Below, piece by piece: positions 48,935 through 57,662 of a stretch of DNA of 64,000 nt (position 1 is the stretch's first letter; every line of letters begins with the position of its first letter). Source of the DNA: Chamaesiphon sp. (lineage in GTDB: Bacteria; Cyanobacteriota; Cyanobacteriia; Cyanobacteriales; Chamaesiphonaceae). The translations under genes were made by a program, and so were the position numbers. The stretch lies in the NCBI GenBank assembly GCA_965246715.1, contig CBDFFH010000054.1:12341-76340 (forward strand). The letters run 5' to 3'. The notes beneath the pieces are model-generated. The model saw only the letters and a list, made by a program, of their open reading frames with translations. It searched no databases and was not told the origin of the DNA.

Positions 48935-51238
48935 CTAATTTGAATTGTTATCACTATTCCCCGAGGATGGGGATGTAGAGGGTACGGAATTATTGCGCGG
49001 AGCGGGTACGGCAATCGGCTCCGGCTTGGGAGAGGGTACTTCGATCGGTTCTGGCTTGGGAGAACTGGTGGACTCGGTACTATCGGACTTGGGTGTAGTT
49101 GCGGGAGTTGCAGTTGATGGGGTTTCGGTATTTGTCACGCGGTTGCGGCGGCGACGACGCGGAGTTGGTGTTTCTTCATTAGTAGAATCCACTACTCGGC
49201 GGCGACGGCGGGGAGTTGATGTTTCTTCACTATTAGAGTCAACTTGTCGACGCTGTCTAACTTGAGGACTAGGCTCTGCTTCCGGCCGTCGCACACGTTT
49301 TCGCCGACGAACGGGTCGTTCCGATTCGGTAGTAGAACTACTACTGGGACTGGGACTGACTTTTGGAGTTTCGATCGGGACGATTGTGGGCGCGACACTC
49401 GGGCTACTATCCCCAGAAGTTTGACTTGGAGTGCTGGAACTAGGAGTGATGCCATTACTGCCACTGGGGACAGGAATACCTAATGGTGGCGTAGCACCAG
49501 TAGATGGCGTAATCGAATCTGGTGAAGGTGAGGGGGATGGGAGCGCCACTAGCTGGGTGACGCTGAGCTTATAGGGGTATGCCTTGCCGGATAAACCAGC
49601 GATCGGCCGTAACTCGATCGTATAGTCGCCTGCTGTATCGATTTGCCCGCGCCAACCGACGACTCGATCGGCTTGAGCGTCGAGCGGTGTACCTGTTGGT
49701 GACAGCACCGACATCAGTACCTGAGTTGGGGTTATTGGTGCGATGCTAGCTGCGGGAGAAATCTTTGTAGACTTGGGACTCTGAGTGGGAATTGCCCCAG
49801 GAATTGCGGGTAAGGGCGAAATAGTACTCGGACTGGGACTCGATTGCGTTCCAGTTGTCGGTAGCGGGGATTTCGTTGGATCGCTACTCGAACTCGATAT
49901 CGGCACGAGTTGGATGTCCAGAACTTGCCCGCTAGTGGCCGCGATTTTATATCGGGTCGGCGTAGTAGCATCGACTGTCCCCTCTTTAACCACGGCGCTA
50001 TTTAAGACTGGTTGAATCGTATCAGCATCAGTCGTTACAGTCGGATTGCTACTAGGACTACTCCCAGTGGGAATTGTGGGATTATTGAAGTCGATTTGTT
50101 TGGGCGGAGTACTCGCCTGTTCGGGCGATTTATTGTGTAACAGATGAGTGACGGCAAACCAAGAGCCGAGTCCAGCTAATAACGAAATCAGGATGCCCAA
50201 GGGAATAAAAACTTGGGGTTTTTCCCACACGGATTTAGGATTGAGCTGCGTAATTGCCGTCTGACCGCTTGGTGCTGTGGGTTTAGGCGTTGCCCCAACT
50301 GCTACAGTGGGCATTTCCGATGGGCGATTAACACTAGGTGATGGAACCGCTGCAACTGCTGGCTGTTGGCTGTTGGGAAGATCGGTTAATAATTGCAGAT
50401 CTCGATAAACTTCGATCGCGGCTTGATAGCGTTCGTTCGGCTCGGGATTTAACATCCGTTGGAGGATGTCAGCCAATCCATCGGTAATCCGCGTCCACTT
50501 GCGCCAATCCCAATTCATCCGATCGGCTGTAAATAAGGCGCTGGCTTCTTTACCCGTCAATAAGACGATCGCGGTAACTGCCAAGGCATACAAATCGCTG
50601 CTGGGATATAGCTGCCCGCTGGTAAATTGTTCTGGTGGTGCGTAGCCGGGTTTACCACTGTGAATCGTGCTTTGCTCGACGTTTGACTGCAATTTATCGG
50701 CAAACTCTTTGACAACGCCAAAGTCACTGAGTACGGGCAAACGATCGCTCGATCGCAAGATGATATTGTCAGGTGAAATTTCCCGGTGGATGACACCTTT
50801 ACTGTGAATATAGCCAAGCGCAGGGACGACTTGCAGCAGAAACTCCCGGACTTCGGCTTCGCTAAATACCTCACCCTCATCGCGACGCTCTTCTAAAAGC
50901 TGTCCGTAGGTCTTACCCTCGATGTAATCTAACACCAAAAAGAGGCGATCTCGTTCTTCAAACGTCGCCCAAAAACGTGGAACTTGAGAATACTGGAGTT
51001 GATAGAGGAGAATGGCTTGCTGCTTAAAAAATTCTTTAGCTTTGGTAACTGCACCAGCAACTTGAGTTCTGGCAATAAATTCCTGAATCTCACAAAATTC
51101 ATCCGCATCTGTCCGCTCGGCACCTTTAGTGCGAGCGCGATCGGTTGCGAGATATGTCCGCCCAAATCCCCCCTCTCCCAGCACATTGAGGATGCGGTAA
51201 CGTTGCTGCAACAGAGTATCGGGAGGAATGGGTAGCAT
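48935..51238 (-). CDS. Hanks-type Ser/Thr kinase-fold membrane protein, probable pseudokinase
   Basis: LGEGGFGRTY, DFG, GKPGYAPPEQ, SDLYAL present; beta-3 Lys reads Q (CEIQEF) and HRD reads HRE; one TM helix then a long P/S/T-rich region. Confidence 0.85.
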   Translation of the reverse strand: MLPIPPDTLLQQRYRILNVLGEGGFGRTYLATDRARTKGAERTDADEFCEIQEFIARTQVAGAVTKAKEFFKQQAILLYQLQYSQVPRFWATFEERDRLFLVLDYIEGKTYGQLLEERRDEGEVFSEAEVREFLLQVVPALGYIHSKGVIHREISPDNIILRSSDRLPVLSDFGVVKEFADKLQSNVEQSTIHSGKPGYAPPEQFTSGQLYPSSDLYALAVTAIVLLTGKEASALFTADRMNWDWRKWTRITDGLADILQRMLNPEPNERYQAAIEVYRDLQLLTDLPNSQQPAVAAVPSPSVNRPSEMPTVAVGATPKPTAPSGQTAITQLNPKSVWEKPQVFIPLGILISLLAGLGSWFAVTHLLHNKSPEQASTPPKQIDFNNPTIPTGSSPSSNPTVTTDADTIQPVLNSAVVKEGTVDATTPTRYKIAATSGQVLDIQLVPISSSSSDPTKSPLPTTGTQSSPSPSTISPLPAIPGAIPTQSPKSTKISPAASIAPITPTQVLMSVLSPTGTPLDAQADRVVGWRGQIDTAGDYTIELRPIAGLSGKAYPYKLSVTQLVALPSPSPSPDSITPSTGATPPLGIPVPSGSNGITPSSSTPSQTSGDSSPSVAPTIVPIETPKVSPSPSSSSTTESERPVRRRKRVRRPEAEPSPQVRQRRQVDSNSEETSTPRRRRRVVDSTNEETPTPRRRRRNRVTNTETPSTATPATTPKSDSTESTSSPKPEPIEVPSPKPEPIAVPAPRNNSVPSTSPSSGNSDNNSN

Positions 51239-51547
51239 AAGATACGATCGCTCAAAATTACGGCGCAAAACTAAGGTAACTGAACCTTAAACTCTAAAGC
51301 TAAGGATCGATCCAGAAGTGATTGAGTTCCACTTGATTTTGTTTTCGGCTTACAAGCTATCCTACTATTTTCTGGACGAATCTGCGTATGCTCGCTACAG
51401 CTAATTTTTACCGCGAGGCGATCGACATGATGTTGATAAATGCTCGAAACTACTGCTTCAAAGCTTTACATGCTCCATTCGCTGTTGAGATCTGGGATCG
51501 TAGATTCGCAGCTATATTAGAAGATTGACACTCTAGCTAAAAAATCA

Positions 51548-52177
51548 CTAATACTTTTTCAACTGTCGTCGTTGAATGATGCGATCGATTTCTGGAAGAT
51601 CGAGATAGGGGCTGAATACTTTCAGCGCCTCAGCTGGAACGGTCGAATTGCTAATATATTCCTTTGTAATATTTCCCTCTTTTAGGGTCACGCGCCAAGG
51701 TGCATTACCGACACCTTGAGATTCGGAACTAAAAATAGTTTGCTGGCGATCGATCTGAACTTGAATTTTAATATTCGGGTAATCGTCTGTGCGCGCGATT
51801 ATCGGTTTATATGTGCCGACTCGAAGTGGTGTTTTGGCTAAGATCGCTAAGAATTTGGTCGTCGCCGCACTCGGAATTTTTACTCTAGTTGTTTTCTGCT
51901 GACGAACTCCTGCCGCGCCATAACCACCGATCGCCACATGTGCGTTACCGACTAATTCTTGTTGTTTCCGGCGTAATTTATAATGACGTAAAATCGGCGT
52001 GATATCTGAATAGCCATTCCAATCATTATGAATTTCGACAGTAGTTGCCTGCTTTACTATTGCCAAGTTAGGCGGTGATGGTTGTGGTTGACCGATCGCG
52101 GGTACAACTACCCGTGGCTCGCTACAACTGCCGCATGATAATAGTAATAACAGCAAGGGCAATCTTTTTTTGCACAT
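51548..52177 (-). CDS. Hypothetical exported protein / possible lipoprotein
   Basis: Basic N-terminus, LLLLLLSC lipobox-like segment, 209-aa ORF. Confidence 0.7.
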   Translation of the reverse strand: MCKKRLPLLLLLLSCGSCSEPRVVVPAIGQPQPSPPNLAIVKQATTVEIHNDWNGYSDITPILRHYKLRRKQQELVGNAHVAIGGYGAAGVRQQKTTRVKIPSAATTKFLAILAKTPLRVGTYKPIIARTDDYPNIKIQVQIDRQQTIFSSESQGVGNAPWRVTLKEGNITKEYISNSTVPAEALKVFSPYLDLPEIDRIIQRRQLKKY

Positions 52178-52290
52178 AGACCCAATAAAGCTAGCCGCCC
52201 AGATCTTAGCAGAAAACAGTTCGGCTAGAAGTAGGATCCGATCAAACCCATCTTTGAGACATGCACTCTCAAAGATAAGTGCGCACTAGC

Positions 52291-52884
52291 TCAACCCCAT
52301 GCTACGTAAGGCAATTTAGTCGCTGTCACCTGAGTTTGAACGGCATTAGCTACCAATTGTCCGCAAGCATCCCAGGTACCATTAATAAGTTGCTGGCGAG
52401 AGCCTTCACCGATCGATAGTGGTGCGACAAAGTCCCCACAGCACACCTGCAAGGCGGCTAGATCGATGGTTATCGGCGTTTTGGAGTTAGAGTTCAAAAT
52501 CTCTTGCAGGCGAGTCGTGGTGGCTGAATCTGCGGTCAAACAGGGGATGCCCATTGCCACACAGTTACCAAAAAAGATTTCCGAGTAGCTTTCGCCGACG
52601 ATCGCTTGGATGCCCCATTTAGCGAGGGCTTGGGGTGCGTGTTCGCGACTAGAACCACAGCCGAAATTGCTATTGACGACGAGGATATTCGCGCCTTGGA
52701 ATTGGGGTAAATCGAAAGGGTGTGCGCCGTTGAGCTGAGATCGATCGTCTTCAAAAACATTGGCTCCGAGTCCGTCGAAGGTGACGCAGCGGAGAAATCG
52801 AGCAGGAATAATGCGATCGGTATCGATGTCGTTACCTGTCAGGGGGATGGCGGTACCGGAGATGGAGGCGATTTGGCTGTTCAT
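52291..52884 (-). CDS. leuD: 3-isopropylmalate dehydratase small subunit
   Basis: [33 protein letters not shown]. Confidence 0.96.
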   Translation of the reverse strand: MNSQIASISGTAIPLTGNDIDTDRIIPARFLRCVTFDGLGANVFEDDRSQLNGAHPFDLPQFQGANILVVNSNFGCGSSREHAPQALAKWGIQAIVGESYSEIFFGNCVAMGIPCLTADSATTTRLQEILNSNSKTPITIDLAALQVCCGDFVAPLSIGEGSRQQLINGTWDACGQLVANAVQTQVTATKLPYVAWG

Positions 52885-52962
52885 GGTACTTAGTTGGTGT
52901 GGTTATTTAACACGGAGGGGCACTGAGGGTACACAGAGGCACACGGAGTAAGGCAGCGAAAG

Positions 52963-52998
52963 TCCCCTCCTCGGAGGGGTGCCCGACAGGGCGGGGTG
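52963..52998. repeat. Dispersed 36-bp GC-rich repeat, second copy
   Basis: TCCCCTCC-TC-GGAGGGGTGCCCGACAGGGCGGGGTG; matches 13690-13725. Confidence 0.7.
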
Positions 52999-53018
52999 GG
53001 TAAGATCTATGCTAATCA

Positions 53019-53411
53019 CTAATCCTGCACGATCGCTTCAGCCTCGATTTCGATTAGAATATCGGGCGAGATCAATCTGCTAACTTCAACCATTGCGGTA
53101 GTGGGGCGGATTTCGCTAAAGAATTCTCCATGTGCTTTGCCGATTTTTTCCCAGTCGTCGATGTTGGTGCAGTAGATGCGGGTACGTACGACATCTGAGA
53201 GGCTGGCTCCAGCTTGTTTGAGGGCGGATTCGATATTGAGGATGATTTGTTTGGTTTGGGCATATGAGTCCCCGATCCCGACTAATTCGCCTTCACTATT
53301 TGAGGCAGTAGTCCCAGAGACGTGGATGGTATTACCGATTTTGACGGCGCGGGAGTAACCGATGATTGGTTCCCATTTGGAACCTGTGGAAATATTTTGG
53401 CGTTGTGACAT
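53019..53411 (-). CDS. RidA/YjgF family protein
   Basis: [41 protein letters not shown]. Confidence 0.92.
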   Translation of the reverse strand: MSQRQNISTGSKWEPIIGYSRAVKIGNTIHVSGTTASNSEGELVGIGDSYAQTKQIILNIESALKQAGASLSDVVRTRIYCTNIDDWEKIGKAHGEFFSEIRPTTAMVEVSRLISPDILIEIEAEAIVQD

Positions 53412-53436
53412 AGTTTTTCCAGTAGGAGTGTAGTTA

Positions 53437-54087
53437 TTATCCTTGAAATTGACTCATCAGCCATTGACCGACTTGAGATTGGTCTGTTTCTTTGCTACGA
53501 TTTAATGCTTCGGTAATAGTGGCGATCGATAAGTTCGGCAATACCAGAGAAGTATCGATTCTGCGGCTACCTCGATCGATTATTTCAAAAGCATAAATCA
53601 GAGTATTCTGGACATCGACTATCCAATATTCAGATACGCCCATTTCTTCATATAGGAAACGTTTCGCACCGAGATCGTCATTAATAGTAGTATTGGAAAT
53701 CTCAATTACTAAATCGGGAGTAGCTTGCGCATCCAAGTTGATGACGGATGTACCGACAGGTGCTAATTTTGCTCTATCTCCACAGTAATAAGATAGGTCT
53801 GGTTGACATTCTCTGATTCCATTTTTACGATAGCTACAATTATCAAATCCATTAATCGCAATCCCCCCAATCGTACAGAACAGATTAATGGCATTCGCCA
53901 CAAGTAAGTGATAGCGAGAGTGGTCTGCACCTGTTGGCATATCCTCAATCCTCATGTAGCCATCATAATAATAGCCTTGATGTTGTTCGTGTTCTGGGGA
54001 TTCGATCGTGCTTATATATATATCCCAGTCAGTTTTTATCCAACTATTAGCTATTAGTTTTTCTTGGAGTTGAATCATGATAATCAC
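53437..54087 (-). CDS. Uma2 (DUF820) family PD-(D/E)xK endonuclease-like protein
   Basis: [37 protein letters not shown]; exact start (54087/54078) uncertain. Confidence 0.9.
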   Translation of the reverse strand: MIIMIQLQEKLIANSWIKTDWDIYISTIESPEHEQHQGYYYDGYMRIEDMPTGADHSRYHLLVANAINLFCTIGGIAINGFDNCSYRKNGIRECQPDLSYYCGDRAKLAPVGTSVINLDAQATPDLVIEISNTTINDDLGAKRFLYEEMGVSEYWIVDVQNTLIYAFEIIDRGSRRIDTSLVLPNLSIATITEALNRSKETDQSQVGQWLMSQFQG

Positions 54088-54161
54088 CTGTGATTAATTT
54101 TGAACGTTGCAAAAATTCTAATCTGGCAATGTTCGAGATGTTTTAATGAGTTTCAGTCTGG

Positions 54162-54455
54162 CTAACTATCTCCAGTATTTCTATCGCTCTTAAAGTAACC
54201 TTTCTCCTCCATTTTTTCACACCACCTATCAAAAGCTAAAAAATCTTCTTGTAAAGCAAATGCTATTTCCATATGTTTTCTATTTGCTGGACACAATATG
54301 CCTGGGCTACATCTCTTCTGATTTGCTTCTGCTCTGTTTGCTATGATTATCAACTCTGCGCCACATCGAGGACATAGTACCTTACCACCATTGGTATTTA
54401 CATCAAGGGCTTTTTGAAGATTTTCACTAGCTCCATCAAAAATAAAATCTTCCAT
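54162..54455 (-). CDS. Small hypothetical protein with putative Zn-binding motif
   Basis: 97-aa AT-rich ORF co-oriented with neighbours; CPRC ... CPANRKH. Confidence 0.65.
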   Translation of the reverse strand: MEDFIFDGASENLQKALDVNTNGGKVLCPRCGAELIIIANRAEANQKRCSPGILCPANRKHMEIAFALQEDFLAFDRWCEKMEEKGYFKSDRNTGDS

Positions 54456-54475
54456 AAAAGACCTTCATGCGTTAT

Positions 54476-55072
54476 CTAAATTGCGTTGTTAGATAGAATT
54501 GCTAAGATTTTGTCTATTTCTTTGATATAGTAATCATTAGAATCGATAAAAGCAACTTGTCCTTCTAGCTTTAAAAACTTCCAATCCGTTCCAGTGGTAA
54601 CTGCACCATATAGAGTCTCGGTTGGATTGCCTTCTTTTTGATTGAATAAACGAGCGGCAATCATCGTAGCTATACATTGTCCTAATCCACTAGGAATACT
54701 TTCATTTTTTGCTTCGACGATCGTCAGCACAGGGCTAGCAATGTAATACTGTTCTGGCGATCGACTCAATATAAAATCACAGCGACCATCTAAACCTTGA
54801 CTGGAATCGACTTCAAAACTACTGCCAGAGAAGATCGAAATTTGGTTTTTAAGTAATCGTCGAACTTCCATGAGAATTGGCATAATGACTAGTTCCGATC
54901 GCGCTTTTTCGGTATTAATCGCACTAGCTAACGGAATTTGATCTTTGAGTACGAGTGATAGCAGATCGCTGGGTTTAATTGGGGTAATTTCTGCAAATAA
55001 GTCTTGCGTTTCATCTGTGATGAGTGCAAAGTCGGATTTGACTTTACTCAGGGTAAAATTACTGTATGCCAT
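54476..55072 (-). CDS. PD-(D/E)xK restriction-endonuclease-fold protein (HsdR_N-like)
   Basis: MAYSNFTL, NTEKARSEL, GRCDFIL, IVEAK, GLGQCIA, YGAVTTGTDWKFL. Confidence 0.8.
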   Translation of the reverse strand: MAYSNFTLSKVKSDFALITDETQDLFAEITPIKPSDLLSLVLKDQIPLASAINTEKARSELVIMPILMEVRRLLKNQISIFSGSSFEVDSSQGLDGRCDFILSRSPEQYYIASPVLTIVEAKNESIPSGLGQCIATMIAARLFNQKEGNPTETLYGAVTTGTDWKFLKLEGQVAFIDSNDYYIKEIDKILAILSNNAI

Positions 55073-55143
55073 ATTAATTTTACTCGATGTATTAGTTTTG
55101 TTTTCTCTCAAGATGGTGTTTTCAATACTTTGACCTCTTGTTT

Positions 55144-55737
55144 TTATGTTAATATCGATCGAACATCTAAGCTGAATCCATGAAGTACATCCTCTCCACT
55201 CAAAGTAGATGGAGATTCCAAAATTTCTACTTCCTTGCCAATTCGGTAGATCTCGACTTGTTGCTGCTGGGGATTAATCAGCCAGCCGAGCCGCACACCA
55301 TTATCGCGGTACTCTAACATCTTGGCTTGGAGTTTTGGTAGGCTATCACTTTGGGACGATCTCAACTCAATCACAAAATCGGGTACAACTTCGGGGAAAG
55401 TCACACCAGGCGGGAGCGCATCTACTTTTGATTGCTGGAGCCATATTACATCGGCAGATTTGAGTGCCCCATTGGGTAGTGTGAAGCCACCAGAAGAGTC
55501 GTATACTCTGCCCAGTCTAGTTTGGCGGTTCCACGTCCACACTTCTCCGAACAAATCTCCATTCTTTTCGGAGCTTGCGAGTGCGACTGGTGGCATGACG
55601 ATTAGTTCTCCTGTGGCTGTTAGCTCTAATCTGAGTTCTGGGTTGTCACGGCACAAAGCATCGAACTGTTCGCGAGTGACGTGAAGAGTTATGCTCTGAG
55701 TATTGAGTAATGGTGTGTGAGTGTCTAGTAATTGCAT
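55144..55737 (-). CDS. Uma2 family endonuclease-like protein
   Basis: LRLELTATGELIVMPP, DSSGGFTLPNGA, PDFVIELRS, KMLEYRDNGVRLGWLINP. Confidence 0.92.
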   Translation of the reverse strand: MQLLDTHTPLLNTQSITLHVTREQFDALCRDNPELRLELTATGELIVMPPVALASSEKNGDLFGEVWTWNRQTRLGRVYDSSGGFTLPNGALKSADVIWLQQSKVDALPPGVTFPEVVPDFVIELRSSQSDSLPKLQAKMLEYRDNGVRLGWLINPQQQQVEIYRIGKEVEILESPSTLSGEDVLHGFSLDVRSILT

Positions 55738-55780
55738 AGTTATAAATCACCGTTTCTTTCAAATTTACCAACAAGCTACA

Positions 55781-56464
55781 TCAATCCCTTTGTAGGTCTT
55801 TCAGTTTTGCTTCCAATTCCATCAGTTTAGATTCTAATACTTGACGAGTGCTGACTTCTGACTCTAGAGCCAGAGACAGCTCGGCATGAGATGGTAGCAT
55901 TCGATCGCTATTAGGCTGATAAAATCTAAATTTATCTGCTGTAATTCGTAAGTCTAGGTCTAATACTTGACTATGAATCGATAGCGATCTCTCTTCGCTT
56001 GCGCTTGGATGAATCGGCAAATAATTACCATCGTTCAATCTAAATCCCTGCAAGGCTGGACGTAAGTAGTCATTGGTCGGATCGTATAGAAAATACTCTT
56101 GCACTCCTAAATAAGCATAGATCCCTTTTTTCGCACCTTGGTCTTGAGCGCGAGTGCTGTATGACGTAATTTCTAGGATAAAGTTAGGAACTAGATCTCT
56201 TTCTTCCCAAATTTTGTAAGATTTACGACTATTGGCATTTGCACCAAAGATAACAAAGACATCTGGAGCAACTACCGAAGCCGGATTTCCTTGCTCGTAA
56301 TAGATAAATAAATTACCCGCGACGTAGACATCCTGCCGATCTTGATAGTGCAAAGACAATGCTTCGGTGCAATAAGCTAAACATTTGCGCTGAACATCAC
56401 CTTCTGCGATCGGTTTATTATCTGTATCTGGATATTCGACTATCGAATTATCTAAAGCGATCAT
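55781..56464 (-). CDS. Uma2 family endonuclease-like protein with coiled-coil tail
   Basis: YPDTD, VAPDVFV, SYKIWEE, PNFILEITS, YAYLGVQEYFLYDP. Confidence 0.92.
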   Translation of the reverse strand: MIALDNSIVEYPDTDNKPIAEGDVQRKCLAYCTEALSLHYQDRQDVYVAGNLFIYYEQGNPASVVAPDVFVIFGANANSRKSYKIWEERDLVPNFILEITSYSTRAQDQGAKKGIYAYLGVQEYFLYDPTNDYLRPALQGFRLNDGNYLPIHPSASEERSLSIHSQVLDLDLRITADKFRFYQPNSDRMLPSHAELSLALESEVSTRQVLESKLMELEAKLKDLQRD

Positions 56465-56606
56465 CAGAGAATTATTACCTCGGAATTACATGCAAATATG
56501 CTATGAGTTTCTCAAATGTAAAGCAAGTAATTTACTCACTCTACGAATTTCATGATCGAGATAACGGTTGTTGTTCAATGTGAAGGTGTCACGATTTACA
56601 CTATCG

Positions 56607-57506
56607 TTATATATCATCTAGACCCCACAGCAAATCTGGCGAAGATATTCCTGCAAAACTTCCCGCTTTGGTCTTACCAATTAGATAAACATCAAAACTT
56701 GTGGGGCTATAATCATCAGCAGTTGTATATTCTTCCATCCAGTAAATTTTTGTATCTATCAGCTCATCTCTTAGTATTTCTAGTAATGCATTGTATCTTT
56801 GATTTCCCTCCTCATCTAAATTAGTTTCTGGATACTTGACTTCATTTATATTCGTAATTTTATAGCGAGTATGAATCGAGTATTTCCCCAGCTTAATTAT
56901 GTCATCGATAGTAAAACTATCTTTGTCTTTTATCTGCCATATAAACGGATCTGTACAGTACTCTTCTTCGCTATAAAAAGGAGCTGCTGAGTGATATTTT
57001 GCAAGGCGACAAAATAAATCCGAATCTGATTCATTTAATTTATTGCTGTTAAAAATAAGACTAGAGCCTCGCAGTTTAACCTCGTATTTTTCAATCTCTG
57101 CTAATGCATTACTTGGCAAGTTAACACAGTGTAATAAAGTATTGCTAAGATTGACATTGGAGAAGTTAGCTCCAGAAAAGTTAACATCAATAATTGATGC
57201 ATGGCTCAAATTCGCATTTTCTAAGTTGACACCTGAAAAATTTGCATGATGAATCCCAGCATATTTCAAATCTATTCCTGACATATTGCTGTTTTTGAAG
57301 TTATTATACCCTTCACGAATATTAGTTCCATACAAAGATGCACCGCTTAAATTTGTATTTGGTAGATTCGTTTCACGAAAACTAGAAGCAGCTAATCTAA
57401 TATCTGATAGATCTATTCCTGGTAAATCTACATTCCAAAACTCAACTTCTGTAGTAAAGTTTCTCTCTCCAGCCGCATATCGTTCGAGTACTTCTTTTGC
57501 CTGCAT
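56607..57506 (-). CDS. Pentapeptide-repeat protein fused to a NuiA (nuclease A inhibitor)-like domain
   Basis: N-half: LERYAAGERNF plus ANLSx repeats. C-half: SEEEY..PFIW, RYNALLEILRDELIDTKIY, DVYLIGKTKAGSFAGIS, resembling NuiA. Confidence 0.7.
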   Translation of the reverse strand: MQAKEVLERYAAGERNFTTEVEFWNVDLPGIDLSDIRLAASSFRETNLPNTNLSGASLYGTNIREGYNNFKNSNMSGIDLKYAGIHHANFSGVNLENANLSHASIIDVNFSGANFSNVNLSNTLLHCVNLPSNALAEIEKYEVKLRGSSLIFNSNKLNESDSDLFCRLAKYHSAAPFYSEEEYCTDPFIWQIKDKDSFTIDDIIKLGKYSIHTRYKITNINEVKYPETNLDEEGNQRYNALLEILRDELIDTKIYWMEEYTTADDYSPTSFDVYLIGKTKAGSFAGISSPDLLWGLDDI

Positions 57507-57536
57507 AATTATTTTCCTATTTTAATATAGAGATTT

Positions 57537-57652
57537 GTAGGGTGGGCAAATTTTAAAACATAGATTGCCTATCCAAACTAACTTACTTGCCCACCAATTC
57601 TAGCAATTGCAGTATCGATGGTGCGTTACGCTGGCGCGGTAACACACCCTAC
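57537..57652. repeat. REP-like element bounded by GTAGGGTG...CACCCTAC
   Basis: Inverted ends with GTAG/CTAC; inner GGTGGGCAA/TTGCCCACC and GGTGCGTTAC/GTAACACACC hairpins, immediately 3' of leuC. Confidence 0.7.
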
Positions 57653-57662
57653 GAATCTATTA

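Noticed and set aside
52885..57662. Integron-like cassette array between leuC and leuD
   Set aside because: No repeated attC-like junctions in the spacers and no integrase; kept only as an accretion hotspot.
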